Of a stretch of 64,000 nucleotides of DNA, positions 1 through 9,556 are shown one piece after another. Under the pieces are notes generated by a model. It did no database searches. It was not told the origin of the DNA and saw only the letters and a list, made by a program, of their open reading frames with translations. This DNA is from Candidatus Bathyarchaeia archaeon (lineage in GTDB: Archaea > Thermoproteota > Bathyarchaeia > Bathyarchaeales > Bathycorpusculaceae). The number at the start of each line of letters is the position of its first letter. Position 1 is the first letter of the stretch. The translations under genes were made by a program, and so were the position numbers. The stretch lies in the NCBI GenBank assembly GCA_049516875.1, contig JBEKSS010000010.1:32001-96000 (forward strand). The letters are read 5' to 3'.

Positions 1-2105
1 TTACTGGATGAAGAAGGCAGTAGATAGATGCCGTCTCCGTTGTTGTCTGCGACATTATTGTGGCTAATCGTGCTGTAGCTTGAGCGCACTAGAATGCCGC
101 AGCTTTGATATGTATACCCGCTGCTCCGTATCGTGAAGCCGGTGAGGTTGACGTTGTTGGCCGTTATGTTTACAACGGCTCCGGTTGAGGAGCCGTCAAT
201 TATCGTGGTTCTGCTATTCTCTCCCACTAACGACACTGACTTGTTCACAACTACGTGCTCGTAATACGTTCCAGCATCAACGAGGATTCCGTGTCCGTTT
301 AATGTCTCTGGCGCATCTATTGCCGCCTGAATAGTAGCGTAGTCCAACCCAGTGTTGACGTTGTGCACGGGAGAAAGGCTGTGCCTCAGGACTAGCGGAT
401 AGTGATCTGTATTGTTTGCGTCTATGACGTAGGGCGTGTCGCCGATGCCGTCGCTGCCCGGAAGATCCTGGTTAGGGCCACTCTCCAAGTCAGTACCAGT
501 ATAATCGCTCCAGTGATTGCCGCCCGAGGGATACCCGTTGTCCCAGATGTTTCGTCCTGCGCGATACACAATGTGAGTTGCTCCCACGCCGTTCACAGTG
601 TTATGATAGAAGGAATTGTTCGAGCTGTCATCAAAATCAATTCCGCAGAAACCGTTCACCTGAAGATAGTTATCCGCGATGTTGTTGTAACTACTTCCCA
701 GCACTTGGATGGTTGTGTTGCAGGAACGCAACGCGTTGTTCTCTACGTTGCAAGCTCTTGAGTTTATGAGTGAAACTCCAACGTTCGCGAGAGAGGAGTT
801 CGTGTTCTCTAAGGTGCAGTTGACGCAATTGACGAGTTGAACATTGACCGAGTTTTTCATCAACTCGAGACTCTCCACAATCATGTTTGAACAGTCAACC
901 AAGGTCACTTGTCCCGCATTCGAAGGAACCGTTTCATCAAGGTGGCCGATCCAATAGTAAACTGGTTTTCCATTTACCATGTTTGACGGGTCCATGTCAA
1001 GCTGGTCATACACGGTCGAACCCAACGCAAAATTATATCGGCTGTTGTTTTCCATCTCATTATTCCTAAAAGTGCCGTTAACTGCTCCTTCACCATAAAT
1101 ATTGATTCCTATCCCGTTGCTCGTGACCTGATTGTCGGAAATCCAATAATCACCTTGACCAATGCAGATTCCGCTTTCCGAATTGTACTCAACAAGGTTG
1201 TGCAGTATTACCCCGCGAGAGCTTTGAATACCTGCGCCCCAGTCACCCGCGTAGACGCCTGTCTGACCGTCCTGAATTGTAAAGTTGCAGAGGGAAACGT
1301 TGTCAGCACCCTTTATTCCCACAACATAACCTGAGCCGCTACCATCGATAATCGTCGCATCCCTGTCCTCTCCCAACAACGCCACCGTCTTGTTAGCGAC
1401 CACGTTCTCGTAATAAGTTCCTTTCCTGACTAATATCGAATCTCCACTGTTCACACTGTTAATCGCTTCCTGTATTGTCGGAAAAACGTCCGGCACTATC
1501 GTACCCTCTAAAATGTTAACTGAAAAAGTCTGGTTCAGAAAAGGTATATTGACACCGTTGCTGTCCAACAGAAACGTTTCCTGCGTGATGTGCTCTTTCA
1601 TGAAGGAGATGTTTGTCTCGCTTTTTTCTCCAACCTTGAAAGCCGTGAAGTTGATCATGCACAGTAATGCGTTGTCAACCGTCACGGCGTCGTTTGGGTT
1701 CGACAGAGTGGATCCAGCCACCACTTCTGGAGGTTGATAGTTGACATGGGGCAAGTCTACGGCTGAAATCTCGCTTTTTCCATGAAAGACATAGGAAGGA
1801 TCCGAAGAGGGTATCCAAACATTCGTGCAGTTCAAAGTGTTGTTGTCAAATGTTATTCCAACCTCCCAAGTCGCGAGGTTGCTTGTATGTCCCCTTAACG
1901 AGACGTTCAAGGTGAAGGGGATGCCTCTAGGAGGCAGCTCTTGAGTCTCGTTTCCGAGGGTTATGTTGCTCGAACCTGTTGTGAAGTCCGTAATTATAAT
2001 CGACCTAGAAACTGCTCCCTTTAAAGACCCAGAGTTCATTGAAGGAACGAACAAGCTCAGAAAGAGCAGAACGAGCATCATTCTGGAAACTGTTCTCTTT
2101 CGCAA
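1..2105 (-). CDS. Secreted NosD/CASH parallel beta-helix (PbH1) repeat surface protein with N-terminal cohesin-like domain; 3' end runs off the window
   Basis: Not in the ORF track. Manual minus-strand translation is open from TTG 2105 (or ATG 2081) to base 1. It has a signal peptide (RKRTVSRMMLVLLFLSLFVP), two repeat starts (VPDVFPTIQEAINS...GTYYENVVANKTV and VHNVNTGLDYATIQAAIDA...GTYYEHVVVNKSV) and the motif WDNGYPSGGNHWSDYTGTD...DGIGDTPYVID. Confidence 0.88.
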   Translation of the reverse strand, partial: MRKRTVSRMMLVLLFLSLFVPSMNSGSLKGAVSRSIIITDFTTGSSNITLGNETQELPPRGIPFTLNVSLRGHTSNLATWEVGITFDNNTLNCTNVWIPSSDPSYVFHGKSEISAVDLPHVNYQPPEVVAGSTLSNPNDAVTVDNALLCMINFTAFKVGEKSETNISFMKEHITQETFLLDSNGVNIPFLNQTFSVNILEGTIVPDVFPTIQEAINSVNSGDSILVRKGTYYENVVANKTVALLGEDRDATIIDGSGSGYVVGIKGADNVSLCNFTIQDGQTGVYAGDWGAGIQSSRGVILHNLVEYNSESGICIGQGDYWISDNQVTSNGIGINIYGEGAVNGTFRNNEMENNSRYNFALGSTVYDQLDMDPSNMVNGKPVYYWIGHLDETVPSNAGQVTLVDCSNMIVESLELMKNSVNVQLVNCVNCTLENTNSSLANVGVSLINSRACNVENNALRSCNTTIQVLGSSYNNIADNYLQVNGFCGIDFDDSSNNSFYHNTVNGVGATHIVYRAGRNIWDNGYPSGGNHWSDYTGTDLESGPNQDLPGSDGIGDTPYVIDANNTDHYPLVLRHSLSPVHNVNTGLDYATIQAAIDAPETLNGHGILVDAGTYYEHVVVNKSVSLVGENSRTTIIDGSSTGAVVNITANNVNLTGFTIRSSGYTYQSCGILVRSSYSTISHNNVADNNGDGIYLLPSSSS

Positions 2106-2401
2106 CTTCGCTTCTCGTAATTTAAATGATTCAAGCAGCAAATATGATTTTCGGAACAAGCCGAGACAGTTAACACTGGATTCATCTCTGTGGGTGTGCC
2201 CTCGCGGTTCCATCTTTCCTGCAACCACTTTCGTCCAAGGAAGCTGACGACTAACCATACCTCACAGGGCGATGTTTCGGAGGCAAACGGGATGGCTATA
2301 GCCCCCACTAAACTCGGCTCGGGGCTAAAACCGGAAAAAAGCGGCAAAGGCAGGAAGATTAAAGATTAATTAGGGCGCAGAGCCTTCTTGCAAAACAACT
2401 G

Positions 2402-2893
2402 TTGGGTGAAAAAGTGACAGGTAAAGTTGTGATCTTGATGGGGTCAGAGCGAGATTTGGAGTTGTGCCGTGAAATAGCTAGGCACGTGGAAGCTTTTGGT
2501 TTGGAGTACGAGTTTCGTGTTGCCTCTGCCCACAAGACCCCTGAAAAAGTCTTGGGAATCCTCAGAGAGTTTGAACAGCAGAAGATTGTCTACGTCACCG
2601 TCGCCGGCAGATCAAATGCTCTGAGCGCTTTTGTCGATGCGAACACCGCGAAACCAGTGATCGCCTGCCCACCCTATTCCGAAAAATTCGGCGGAGCAGA
2701 CATATACTCGTCTCTTCGAGTTCCAAGCGGTGTAGCCTCACTCTTGACGATTGAGCCTGAAGGAGCCGCACTCGCCGCGGCGAAAATCTTTGCTGCTGAA
2801 GACCGTGCTCTGGAAAAGAAAGTGCGAGACTATCAAAACGCGAAAAAGAGGGAGATCGAGAAAGCCGACGAGTCTGTTAGGAAACTAAAGTAG
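2402..2893 (+). CDS. purE: N5-CAIR mutase / AIR carboxylase
   Basis: ILMGSERD, RVASAHKTP and VIACPP motifs; adjacent to purC. Confidence 0.93.
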   Translation: MGEKVTGKVVILMGSERDLELCREIARHVEAFGLEYEFRVASAHKTPEKVLGILREFEQQKIVYVTVAGRSNALSAFVDANTAKPVIACPPYSEKFGGADIYSSLRVPSGVASLLTIEPEGAALAAAKIFAAEDRALEKKVRDYQNAKKREIEKADESVRKLK

Positions 2894-2902
2894 TGTGCGA
2901 TT

Positions 2903-3943
2903 ATGGGCAGCGTAAAAGACCTTGAAACGGTCAAGAAGCCGACAAAAAACGCTTTGGGCGTCGGCAGGTTCCACTTTTCAGATCGATACTCAGTTTTTGA
3001 CTGGGGAGAAATGCCTGACCAAATTGAGAACAAGGGAGCGGCTTTGTGCATCGTGGGAGCCTATTGCTTCGAGAAGCTGCAGGAGAGAGGCATCAAAACT
3101 CATTACAGGGGCCTGGTTGATAAGAGAGGGAAGGCTGTCACCGTTGAGGAGTTAAAGCAGCCAACGAGCATCATGGAAATAGACTTGGTCAACGTGTTCA
3201 GACCTAAAGCAGTTATGAAAGACGGAAGACTCCATTATAACTATCGCATGTACACGCCCAACCTGAGAAACTTTCTGATACCACTCGAAATTATCTACAG
3301 AAACGGGTTGCCCGAAGGCTCGTCAGTTTTCAAACGGCTAGAAGAAGGTGTAATCACTATTGAAACGTTGGGTTTAGATCATTATCCCATGCCGGGAGAG
3401 AGACTTTCGAAGCCGATTTTTGACGTAAGCACGAAGCTGGAAGAGGCGGACAGATACTTGACCTGTGACGAGGCAAGAGAAATCGCAGGGTTGACGGTTG
3501 AAGAGGTTGAAGACGTTAAGGCTTTGCTTCTAAGAGTCAACAAAATGATAACACAGATAGCATTGAAGGCCGATTTGGAAAATGAGGATGGAAAAATAGA
3601 GCTGGCGTTTGACCCTGAAAGAAAGCTCATGGTAGTTGACGTTGTGGGAACACTTGACGAGTGCAGATTCACCTACGACGGTCTGCACGTCAGCAAAGAG
3701 ACCGCCAGACAGTTCTACCGAAAAACAGATTGGTACAAGGATGTGGAAGAAGCAAAGAAAAGAGCAGAAAGAGAAGGAGTCAAAGACTGGAAGAAGCTTT
3801 GCACATCCAAACCGCCCAAGCTTGACCCAAGCTTGAAAAAGGCAATCAGCGAAATGTACATGGCCGTCGCAGATGAACTGACAGAAACAAGAATATTCGA
3901 TGTTCCAAGCCTTGCGGAAATAGTCGAACGCTACAGAAGCTAA
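2903..3943 (+). CDS. purC: SAICAR synthetase (long archaeal type)
   Basis: MGSVKD, FSDRYSVFDWG, DGKIE and DVVGTLDECRF motifs. Confidence 0.93.
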   Translation: MGSVKDLETVKKPTKNALGVGRFHFSDRYSVFDWGEMPDQIENKGAALCIVGAYCFEKLQERGIKTHYRGLVDKRGKAVTVEELKQPTSIMEIDLVNVFRPKAVMKDGRLHYNYRMYTPNLRNFLIPLEIIYRNGLPEGSSVFKRLEEGVITIETLGLDHYPMPGERLSKPIFDVSTKLEEADRYLTCDEAREIAGLTVEEVEDVKALLLRVNKMITQIALKADLENEDGKIELAFDPERKLMVVDVVGTLDECRFTYDGLHVSKETARQFYRKTDWYKDVEEAKKRAEREGVKDWKKLCTSKPPKLDPSLKKAISEMYMAVADELTETRIFDVPSLAEIVERYRS

Positions 3944-4127
3944 GACTCTACGATGATTCCTGCCGAAAACCTTCCTCATCACATACACGAAAGAACAGAA
4001 GGGACACGGTGGCAGCAAAACACAACCATTTTACGAGTTTAAATTAGAAATCACAATCATTAGGTCCTGTCATTGCTCCCAATTCATAAATTATATGTTA
4101 AACTAGCAATTTCTCATATCCGAGAAC

Positions 4128-4331
4128 GTGAACATGAAAACCATAGATGTTCTGATTGAAATTCCTTGTTTCAAGTGTCTCTATGCTGAACCGATAAAGG
4201 AGAGTCATCTACGCTGCAACCCTAACGAATGCGAAAAACTGACAGAGTGGCTCCTCACACAGGTTGAACATGATGAGAAGACTAAGGAGACCATAAGCCT
4301 CGCAATTTCTCACACCGAGAACCCTAGCTGA
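4128..4331 (+). CDS. Small Cys-rich hypothetical protein (possible Zn binder)
   Basis: 67 aa with CxxC...CxPxxC; AT-rich TATA-like stretch about 35 nt upstream. Confidence 0.6.
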   Translation: MNMKTIDVLIEIPCFKCLYAEPIKESHLRCNPNECEKLTEWLLTQVEHDEKTKETISLAISHTENPS

Positions 4332-4534
4332 CCATGGCGAACCACGTTTGAAACGGCCCCCATCACGTCTCCCACATATTGAAGAATGGGGCAAAACAGT
4401 CTTGCATTGGAGGCCAGTCATTGTCTTGAATACGTAAACGGATAGGTGCTCAGACTGTGGAGGCTTGGGGGTTTTTTTACGAAGGATGGGCTCGTGTGGC
4501 GTAAGGGAAACGTAAAGGAGTCTGGGCCAGGTGT

Positions 4535-5977
4535 TTAGGTGACTAGTTCGTGCAGCTTGTTTGCTTTCATTGCTCTTTTGATCTCTAGGGCTATTCGGTC
4601 GCCTGTGCTTAGCGGTTTTTTGTATTTCGCGTTTGCGTATTGTGAACCAAGGCCCATGTGAACGTTTGTGCCGCCTCCATGTCTGAGGGCAACGTCCTGT
4701 GTGACTGGGATGTGCATGTATGGGTCTCGTTCTCCTGGCACATCGTAAAGACCGTAATCTATCGCGGATTTGGCTTCGCCGCCACCTGTGTAGTCCAACT
4801 TGCATGCCGGTTTCAGTTCGTACTTGGAAACGCGGTCCCACGTGATGAGGGTTTGCAGGCACCATGCGCCGATGATTCCTGGAGACGAGTATTCTCGGCA
4901 GGCGAGCAGGAAGCGGTCAGCGTACCGATGAATGTCTTTTAACAAGGATTCTCTTAAGCTCAGTATTGCGTGCGCCGTGACCTCGAATGATGGGACTTTC
5001 CTTATTTTTTGTTGAACGTCCGTTGGAAGCCTCTTTATACCGTCAAGTATCGTCTCTCTTCGCTCATCGATGGACAGGAACTGATTGGCCAAGCAGACTC
5101 TTGCCTCTTCCATGTCCACGTTGTAAAGCTTCGCAAACCAATTGTCAGCGTCTCCCCACTCGCTTTTCGCATCCAATGGCGAGAAGAAGAAGTTGAAGTT
5201 CGCGTGCGGACCGAGGACTATCTGTTCAACCCGTCCCTTCTCAAGCGCTTCCTTGCTCAGGTTTCCAGCCTGAACCTCCCTCTCAACTTTTTCTTCCAAG
5301 TCATCCGAGTCCGCGGCAAAGATGAACTCTCTTTCAAAGGCTCTGTGAGCGTGCTCAGCCTTCAGAATCATGGGTTCGCCCACTGGTTTTTTGAATTTTA
5401 TGCCACCTTTGTGGACCTCGTAAGCGTAAGACTTGGGCGAAGGTATGTTAGCCTTGTCTGCAAACCAGTAATAGTCTTTTTCAATTTCGCCCCTGTTCTC
5501 GATTTTTAAGAGATTCCTTGAACCGAGTATCGGAACGGCATACTTGTCTTCAATCACACTGCAACGTTCGTCTCCGCCAACATAAACCGCAAAGGCCCTG
5601 TTCGTGATCTGCATGCATTCCAAATTGACAAGCTCGTCAACGTACTTGACTATGTCGGAATATTTCTCAAGAATTAGTATAATGGTTCTCCAGCCACCCC
5701 TCTTCTTTATGTCCTTAGGGTCGTTCACAACGCGGAGGTCTCGCTTCACCAAGCCTGGCAAATCCTCCACAATCTCTTCAGGTTTGCCGACCATGGGGTT
5801 TTGAAGGTAAATCCTTGCCCTGCTCGGCGTGGTGTAGATTATGCTTCTCACACCGTAGTTGCGCTGACCCTGCCAAGCATCCAAGGCCGAGTGAGAGCCC
5901 AAGTTCAACCCGATTGGTTCCCTATACTTCTTAACTATATCCTGCATCTCTTCCCTTTTTATGACCACAAGTAACAC
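4535..5977 (-). CDS. purP: PurP-family ATP-grasp formate-dependent AICAR formyltransferase (DUF1246/DUF1297)
   Basis: GSHSALD N-terminal motif, SLRESLL, PGIIGAWCLQ, RHGGGTN and STGDRIALEIK; purine gene context. Confidence 0.85.
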   Translation of the reverse strand: MLLVVIKREEMQDIVKKYREPIGLNLGSHSALDAWQGQRNYGVRSIIYTTPSRARIYLQNPMVGKPEEIVEDLPGLVKRDLRVVNDPKDIKKRGGWRTIILILEKYSDIVKYVDELVNLECMQITNRAFAVYVGGDERCSVIEDKYAVPILGSRNLLKIENRGEIEKDYYWFADKANIPSPKSYAYEVHKGGIKFKKPVGEPMILKAEHAHRAFEREFIFAADSDDLEEKVEREVQAGNLSKEALEKGRVEQIVLGPHANFNFFFSPLDAKSEWGDADNWFAKLYNVDMEEARVCLANQFLSIDERRETILDGIKRLPTDVQQKIRKVPSFEVTAHAILSLRESLLKDIHRYADRFLLACREYSSPGIIGAWCLQTLITWDRVSKYELKPACKLDYTGGGEAKSAIDYGLYDVPGERDPYMHIPVTQDVALRHGGGTNVHMGLGSQYANAKYKKPLSTGDRIALEIKRAMKANKLHELVT

Positions 5978-6205
5978 CTGCTAGACTATGCAAGCTAAAC
6001 ATTCAAACATTTTTTAAATCTTTCCACACATAGCTACAAAAACGTTGGCAGACCCACCATTCCACCTGGGACATTCCCAGAATTCTCTCTCAAGGTTTTC
6101 GACAACTCCAGATTTCGAAGAGTCTTCTAGAGTTCTGTTCTATTTTGTTCTTACAGGTGTAGTTATAAGAAAAGCAGCGCCATTTTTCAGACGGAGAGGG
6201 GAAGA

Positions 6206-6385
6206 ATGGCTGAATCTTGCAGCTGGCTGTTCGTTGAAAACGTGCCATTGCTCTATGACAAGGAAAAGGTTGCAAGACAGCTTAAGGTGGAAACCTGGCT
6301 CGACCTCACCCAACTTTTAAAGGAACTGAAAGACGAAGACACTGACAAGAAAAGCCCACAACAAGTAATAGACTACGTTGTATGA
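6206..6385 (+). CDS. Small hypothetical protein, 59 aa (MAESCSWLFVENVPLLYDKEKVARQLKVETWLDLTQLLKELKDEDTDKKSPQQVIDYVV)
   Basis: Below the ORF-track cutoff. ATG preceded by GGAGAGGG and TTATAAG at about 6163; stop overlaps the end of the convergent kinase. Confidence 0.6.
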   Translation: MAESCSWLFVENVPLLYDKEKVARQLKVETWLDLTQLLKELKDEDTDKKSPQQVIDYVV

Positions 6386-7140
6386 AGGTCACAAGCCTTC
6401 AAAACCGTCTCAAAACTCTCGCGGGTCCCACATTTCTTGTAAAATCTCAATGCTTCAATTATCGCCTTCTTATCTTTCTCACCGATTTTTTCAGCGACTT
6501 TTCCCGCAATGCCACTGATGAACAGGAACTGACAGATTGAGGTTACGTTAGCTGTCGCCCGGTTCACACTGGCTGTTTCGAAATCAACGATAAACGGTCT
6601 ATCTTTCCTGTCAATGATTATGTGTTTTGGCGCATGGCTCAACTCTCCATGATCCAAGCTAATGCCGTCCAAAAGCCAACACTGCTCCAAAACCTCGCGC
6701 AAGACCTTCTTAACCCGCAACTTTCCAACACGTTTTTCAAGCCATACCGGAAGAAGACAGCCGTCAATAAATTGCATCAAAAGCAAGTTGCTGGTAAACC
6801 CTAGCAGTCGAGGCCCGACTTTGACGGAATTAGCCTTTTCAAGCATTTCCGCTTCACGTCGCATCCTCAACCGGTCAGCATCCAACCTTCGAACCTTCAA
6901 AGCCACCTTCTTTTTGTCTACATAAGCTATTAGAACAATTCCAACACAACCTTTGCCCAAGACATTCAAATTAGAGACTTGCTTGTCTCCCCTGAATTCC
7001 AAGGCTTTGACCCCTAGCTTCTGCAGTTCCTTTAATCGCCTCTTCAGTTCCGCCTTTCCAGGTTTGGGATAACTCAGCATTATTGCATATGGCGTGTCGT
7101 ATGTCAGTCTTTCTAACGGCACCATGAGCGGTTTCTTCAA
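6373..7140 (-). CDS. Archaeal RIO/Bud32-like Ser/Thr protein kinase
   Basis: LGKGCVGIV glycine loop, VALK, HGELS catalytic loop and DFE. Confidence 0.85.
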   Translation of the reverse strand: MKKPLMVPLERLTYDTPYAIMLSYPKPGKAELKRRLKELQKLGVKALEFRGDKQVSNLNVLGKGCVGIVLIAYVDKKKVALKVRRLDADRLRMRREAEMLEKANSVKVGPRLLGFTSNLLLMQFIDGCLLPVWLEKRVGKLRVKKVLREVLEQCWLLDGISLDHGELSHAPKHIIIDRKDRPFIVDFETASVNRATANVTSICQFLFISGIAGKVAEKIGEKDKKAIIEALRFYKKCGTRESFETVLKACDLHTT

Positions 7141-7360
7141 ACCTTGACACTCTCATCGCTTTATTTCTAGCCAATCCGAATAAAAGCTAGCGGAACTTTG
7201 CCCGTTTGGAAGAAGGTTGGTAGAACGTTCAATATGTTCCAAAACAAGCTCCAAGGAAAAACCTGAATATTGCTTGGCCTAGAATGCTCATTCCCATCCG
7301 TCGTGGAAGTTTAAAAGCAAGAGGGAATATAGAAAAAAACAGTTGCAGGGAGAAACTGCT

Positions 7361-9556
7361 ATGCCGAGGTTTAAACAGACGGCGGAAATACTGAAACTGA
7401 TGGGTAGAAAAGAGGCTATACGCAACGTGGGCATAATTGCGCACATTGACCACGGAAAAACGACGATGACCGATTCACTCCTCGTTGAAGCCGGTTTGTT
7501 ATCTCCGCAAGTGGCAGGCTCAGCCAGAGTTCTGGACTACCTGGAAGAAGAGCAAAGGCGTGGAATCACAATAAAAACCGCGAACATTTCACTCCTGCAC
7601 GAGACGGGTGGTCATCCTTACCTGATCAACCTCGTTGACACTCCAGGCCACGTGGACTTCACTGGCAAGGTGACAAGGGCTTTACGGGCGATAGACGGCG
7701 CGGTTGTCGTCATTGACGCTGTGGAAGAAGTTATGGCGCAAACGGTAACTGTGACCCGTCAAGCTCTTGAAGAGAGAGTCAAACCAGTCCTTTTCATAAA
7801 CAAGCTTGATCGCTTGATAGAAGAAATGAAACTGGCCCCCGTGGAAATTCAGAGTAAGCTGACCCGCATAATCGCCGACTTCAACAATCTGATAGAGAAT
7901 TATGCTGAACCAGAATTCAGAAAGAAATGGAAAGTTGACCCTGAACAAGAAAGCGTCGTTTTCGGCTCCGCTCTCCATAAGTGGGGATTCACCCTCAAGA
8001 CAGCCGGTGAAAAAGGCATAAAATTCGGCGACAGAGACATTATGGAAGCCTACGGAAAAGGCAAACATCGGGCACTTTCAAGGCTGATCCCGCTCCCCAC
8101 AGCCATCCTGGACATGGTTGTCAAGAATCTTCCAAGTCCCATTGAAAGTCAAAAATACCGCGTGCCGAAAATCTGGAAGGGTGAAACTAGGTCTGAAATC
8201 GGCCAAGCGATGTTAAACTGTGACGACGAAGGACCAACAGTGATGTGCGTAACCATGGCCCAAACGGTTCCGGGAACAGGTTTGGTGGCGACTGGCAGAC
8301 TGTTCTCAGGCTCCATAAGAGAAGGAGACCAAATCTACTTGGTTGAGGCAGATAAGGAATACCGCGTCCAGCAGGTTTCCATGTACATGGGAGCCTTCAG
8401 AGAAGCCGTCAACAAAATCAGTGCAGGCAACATTGCCGGATTATCTGACCTCGGTCTGGCAAGGGCCGGACACACGCTCGTCGATTACAAGCACAGAGAA
8501 ACCATGGTTCCGTTCGAACGTGTAAAATACGTTGCGGAGCCCGTAATGACCATAACGATAGAGCCAAAAAAACCGAGCGACTTGCCAAAAGTAATGGAAG
8601 CCATGAACAGAATTTCGATAGAAGATCCTAACCTCCTAACCACCATTGACAAAGAAACAGGCCAGTACCTGATAAGCGGCATAGGAGAGCTTCACCTGGA
8701 GATTGCCATGAATTTCTTGAGACAGTACGTCGGCGAGGTGGAGCTTACTGCGTCCAGCCCGAACGCATCCTACAGAGAAACTGTTTCAAGACCAGGCAGA
8801 ACTGTAATGGCCAAAAGCCCAAACAAGCGCAACAAATTCTGGATAGAAGTAGAACCCTTAGAAAGCACGTTCTTGGAAATGATAGAAAACAGCAGGTTTT
8901 CGGAACAAATGATGGAAGAGCAACCCGCCGACTTGCAGTGGAAAGAGGCCGGTAACATCTGGGCCGTTGACAAAAACAAAAACGTGCTCGTCGACTTGAC
9001 TGAAGACGCCCAATACCTTCAAGACGCAAAAGCCAACATCATAACAGGGTTCCATTGGGCATGCAGAACCGGAGCTTTATGCATGGAACCTCTGAGAGGA
9101 ATAAAAGTCAAGCTGATGAAAACGCAACTTGACCCAGATCCATGCCTGCGCGAGACGACGCAGATAACACGAGGCGTAAGCCGTGCAATTCTAGGTTCAT
9201 GCTTGACGGCGAAACCAATCCTTCTCGAACCAATATACAAAATCGAGGTGTCTGTTCAAGCTCAATGGTTCGGCACATGTACCAACATTATATCCCGCAA
9301 GCGAGGGAAAATAGTCACCACCGAACAGAAAGGCTTTCTAATGACAATCATCGGCTACATCCCAGTCGCAGAAACCTTCGGCTTGTCTGCCGAAATGCGC
9401 TCCGCAACCTCAGGCTACGCCTTTTGGCAGTTCGCCTTCGATCATTGGAACAAGGTTCCAAGGAACCTTGCAAGTAAAGTAATCAGAAAACTTCGCGAGA
9501 GAAGAGGATTACCCGAAGAGATTCCTACACCACAAATGTTCGTGGATGAAGCTTGA
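7361..9556 (+). CDS. Elongation factor 2 paralog (aEF-2p type, lacks diphthamide His)
   Basis: AHIDHGKTT, RGITI, DTPGHVDF, NKLD and EF-2 domains III-V. The diphthamide loop reads DPCLRETTQI instead of DxxHRGxxQI. Confidence 0.92.
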   Translation: MPRFKQTAEILKLMGRKEAIRNVGIIAHIDHGKTTMTDSLLVEAGLLSPQVAGSARVLDYLEEEQRRGITIKTANISLLHETGGHPYLINLVDTPGHVDFTGKVTRALRAIDGAVVVIDAVEEVMAQTVTVTRQALEERVKPVLFINKLDRLIEEMKLAPVEIQSKLTRIIADFNNLIENYAEPEFRKKWKVDPEQESVVFGSALHKWGFTLKTAGEKGIKFGDRDIMEAYGKGKHRALSRLIPLPTAILDMVVKNLPSPIESQKYRVPKIWKGETRSEIGQAMLNCDDEGPTVMCVTMAQTVPGTGLVATGRLFSGSIREGDQIYLVEADKEYRVQQVSMYMGAFREAVNKISAGNIAGLSDLGLARAGHTLVDYKHRETMVPFERVKYVAEPVMTITIEPKKPSDLPKVMEAMNRISIEDPNLLTTIDKETGQYLISGIGELHLEIAMNFLRQYVGEVELTASSPNASYRETVSRPGRTVMAKSPNKRNKFWIEVEPLESTFLEMIENSRFSEQMMEEQPADLQWKEAGNIWAVDKNKNVLVDLTEDAQYLQDAKANIITGFHWACRTGALCMEPLRGIKVKLMKTQLDPDPCLRETTQITRGVSRAILGSCLTAKPILLEPIYKIEVSVQAQWFGTCTNIISRKRGKIVTTEQKGFLMTIIGYIPVAETFGLSAEMRSATSGYAFWQFAFDHWNKVPRNLASKVIRKLRERRGLPEEIPTPQMFVDEA

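Noticed and set aside
2225-2270. Hammerhead ribozyme-like CTGACGA and GGACGAAA
   Set aside because: The two core elements lie on opposite strands, so no consistent hammerhead topology forms.
402-2347. Short ORF-track ORFs on the + strand and 2078-2347 on the - strand
   Set aside because: Shadows of the long minus-strand NosD gene or of the structured spacer; no recognisable motifs.
6045-6320. 91-aa ORF in the track
   Set aside because: It spans a TATA box; the 6206-6385 frame has a better start context.
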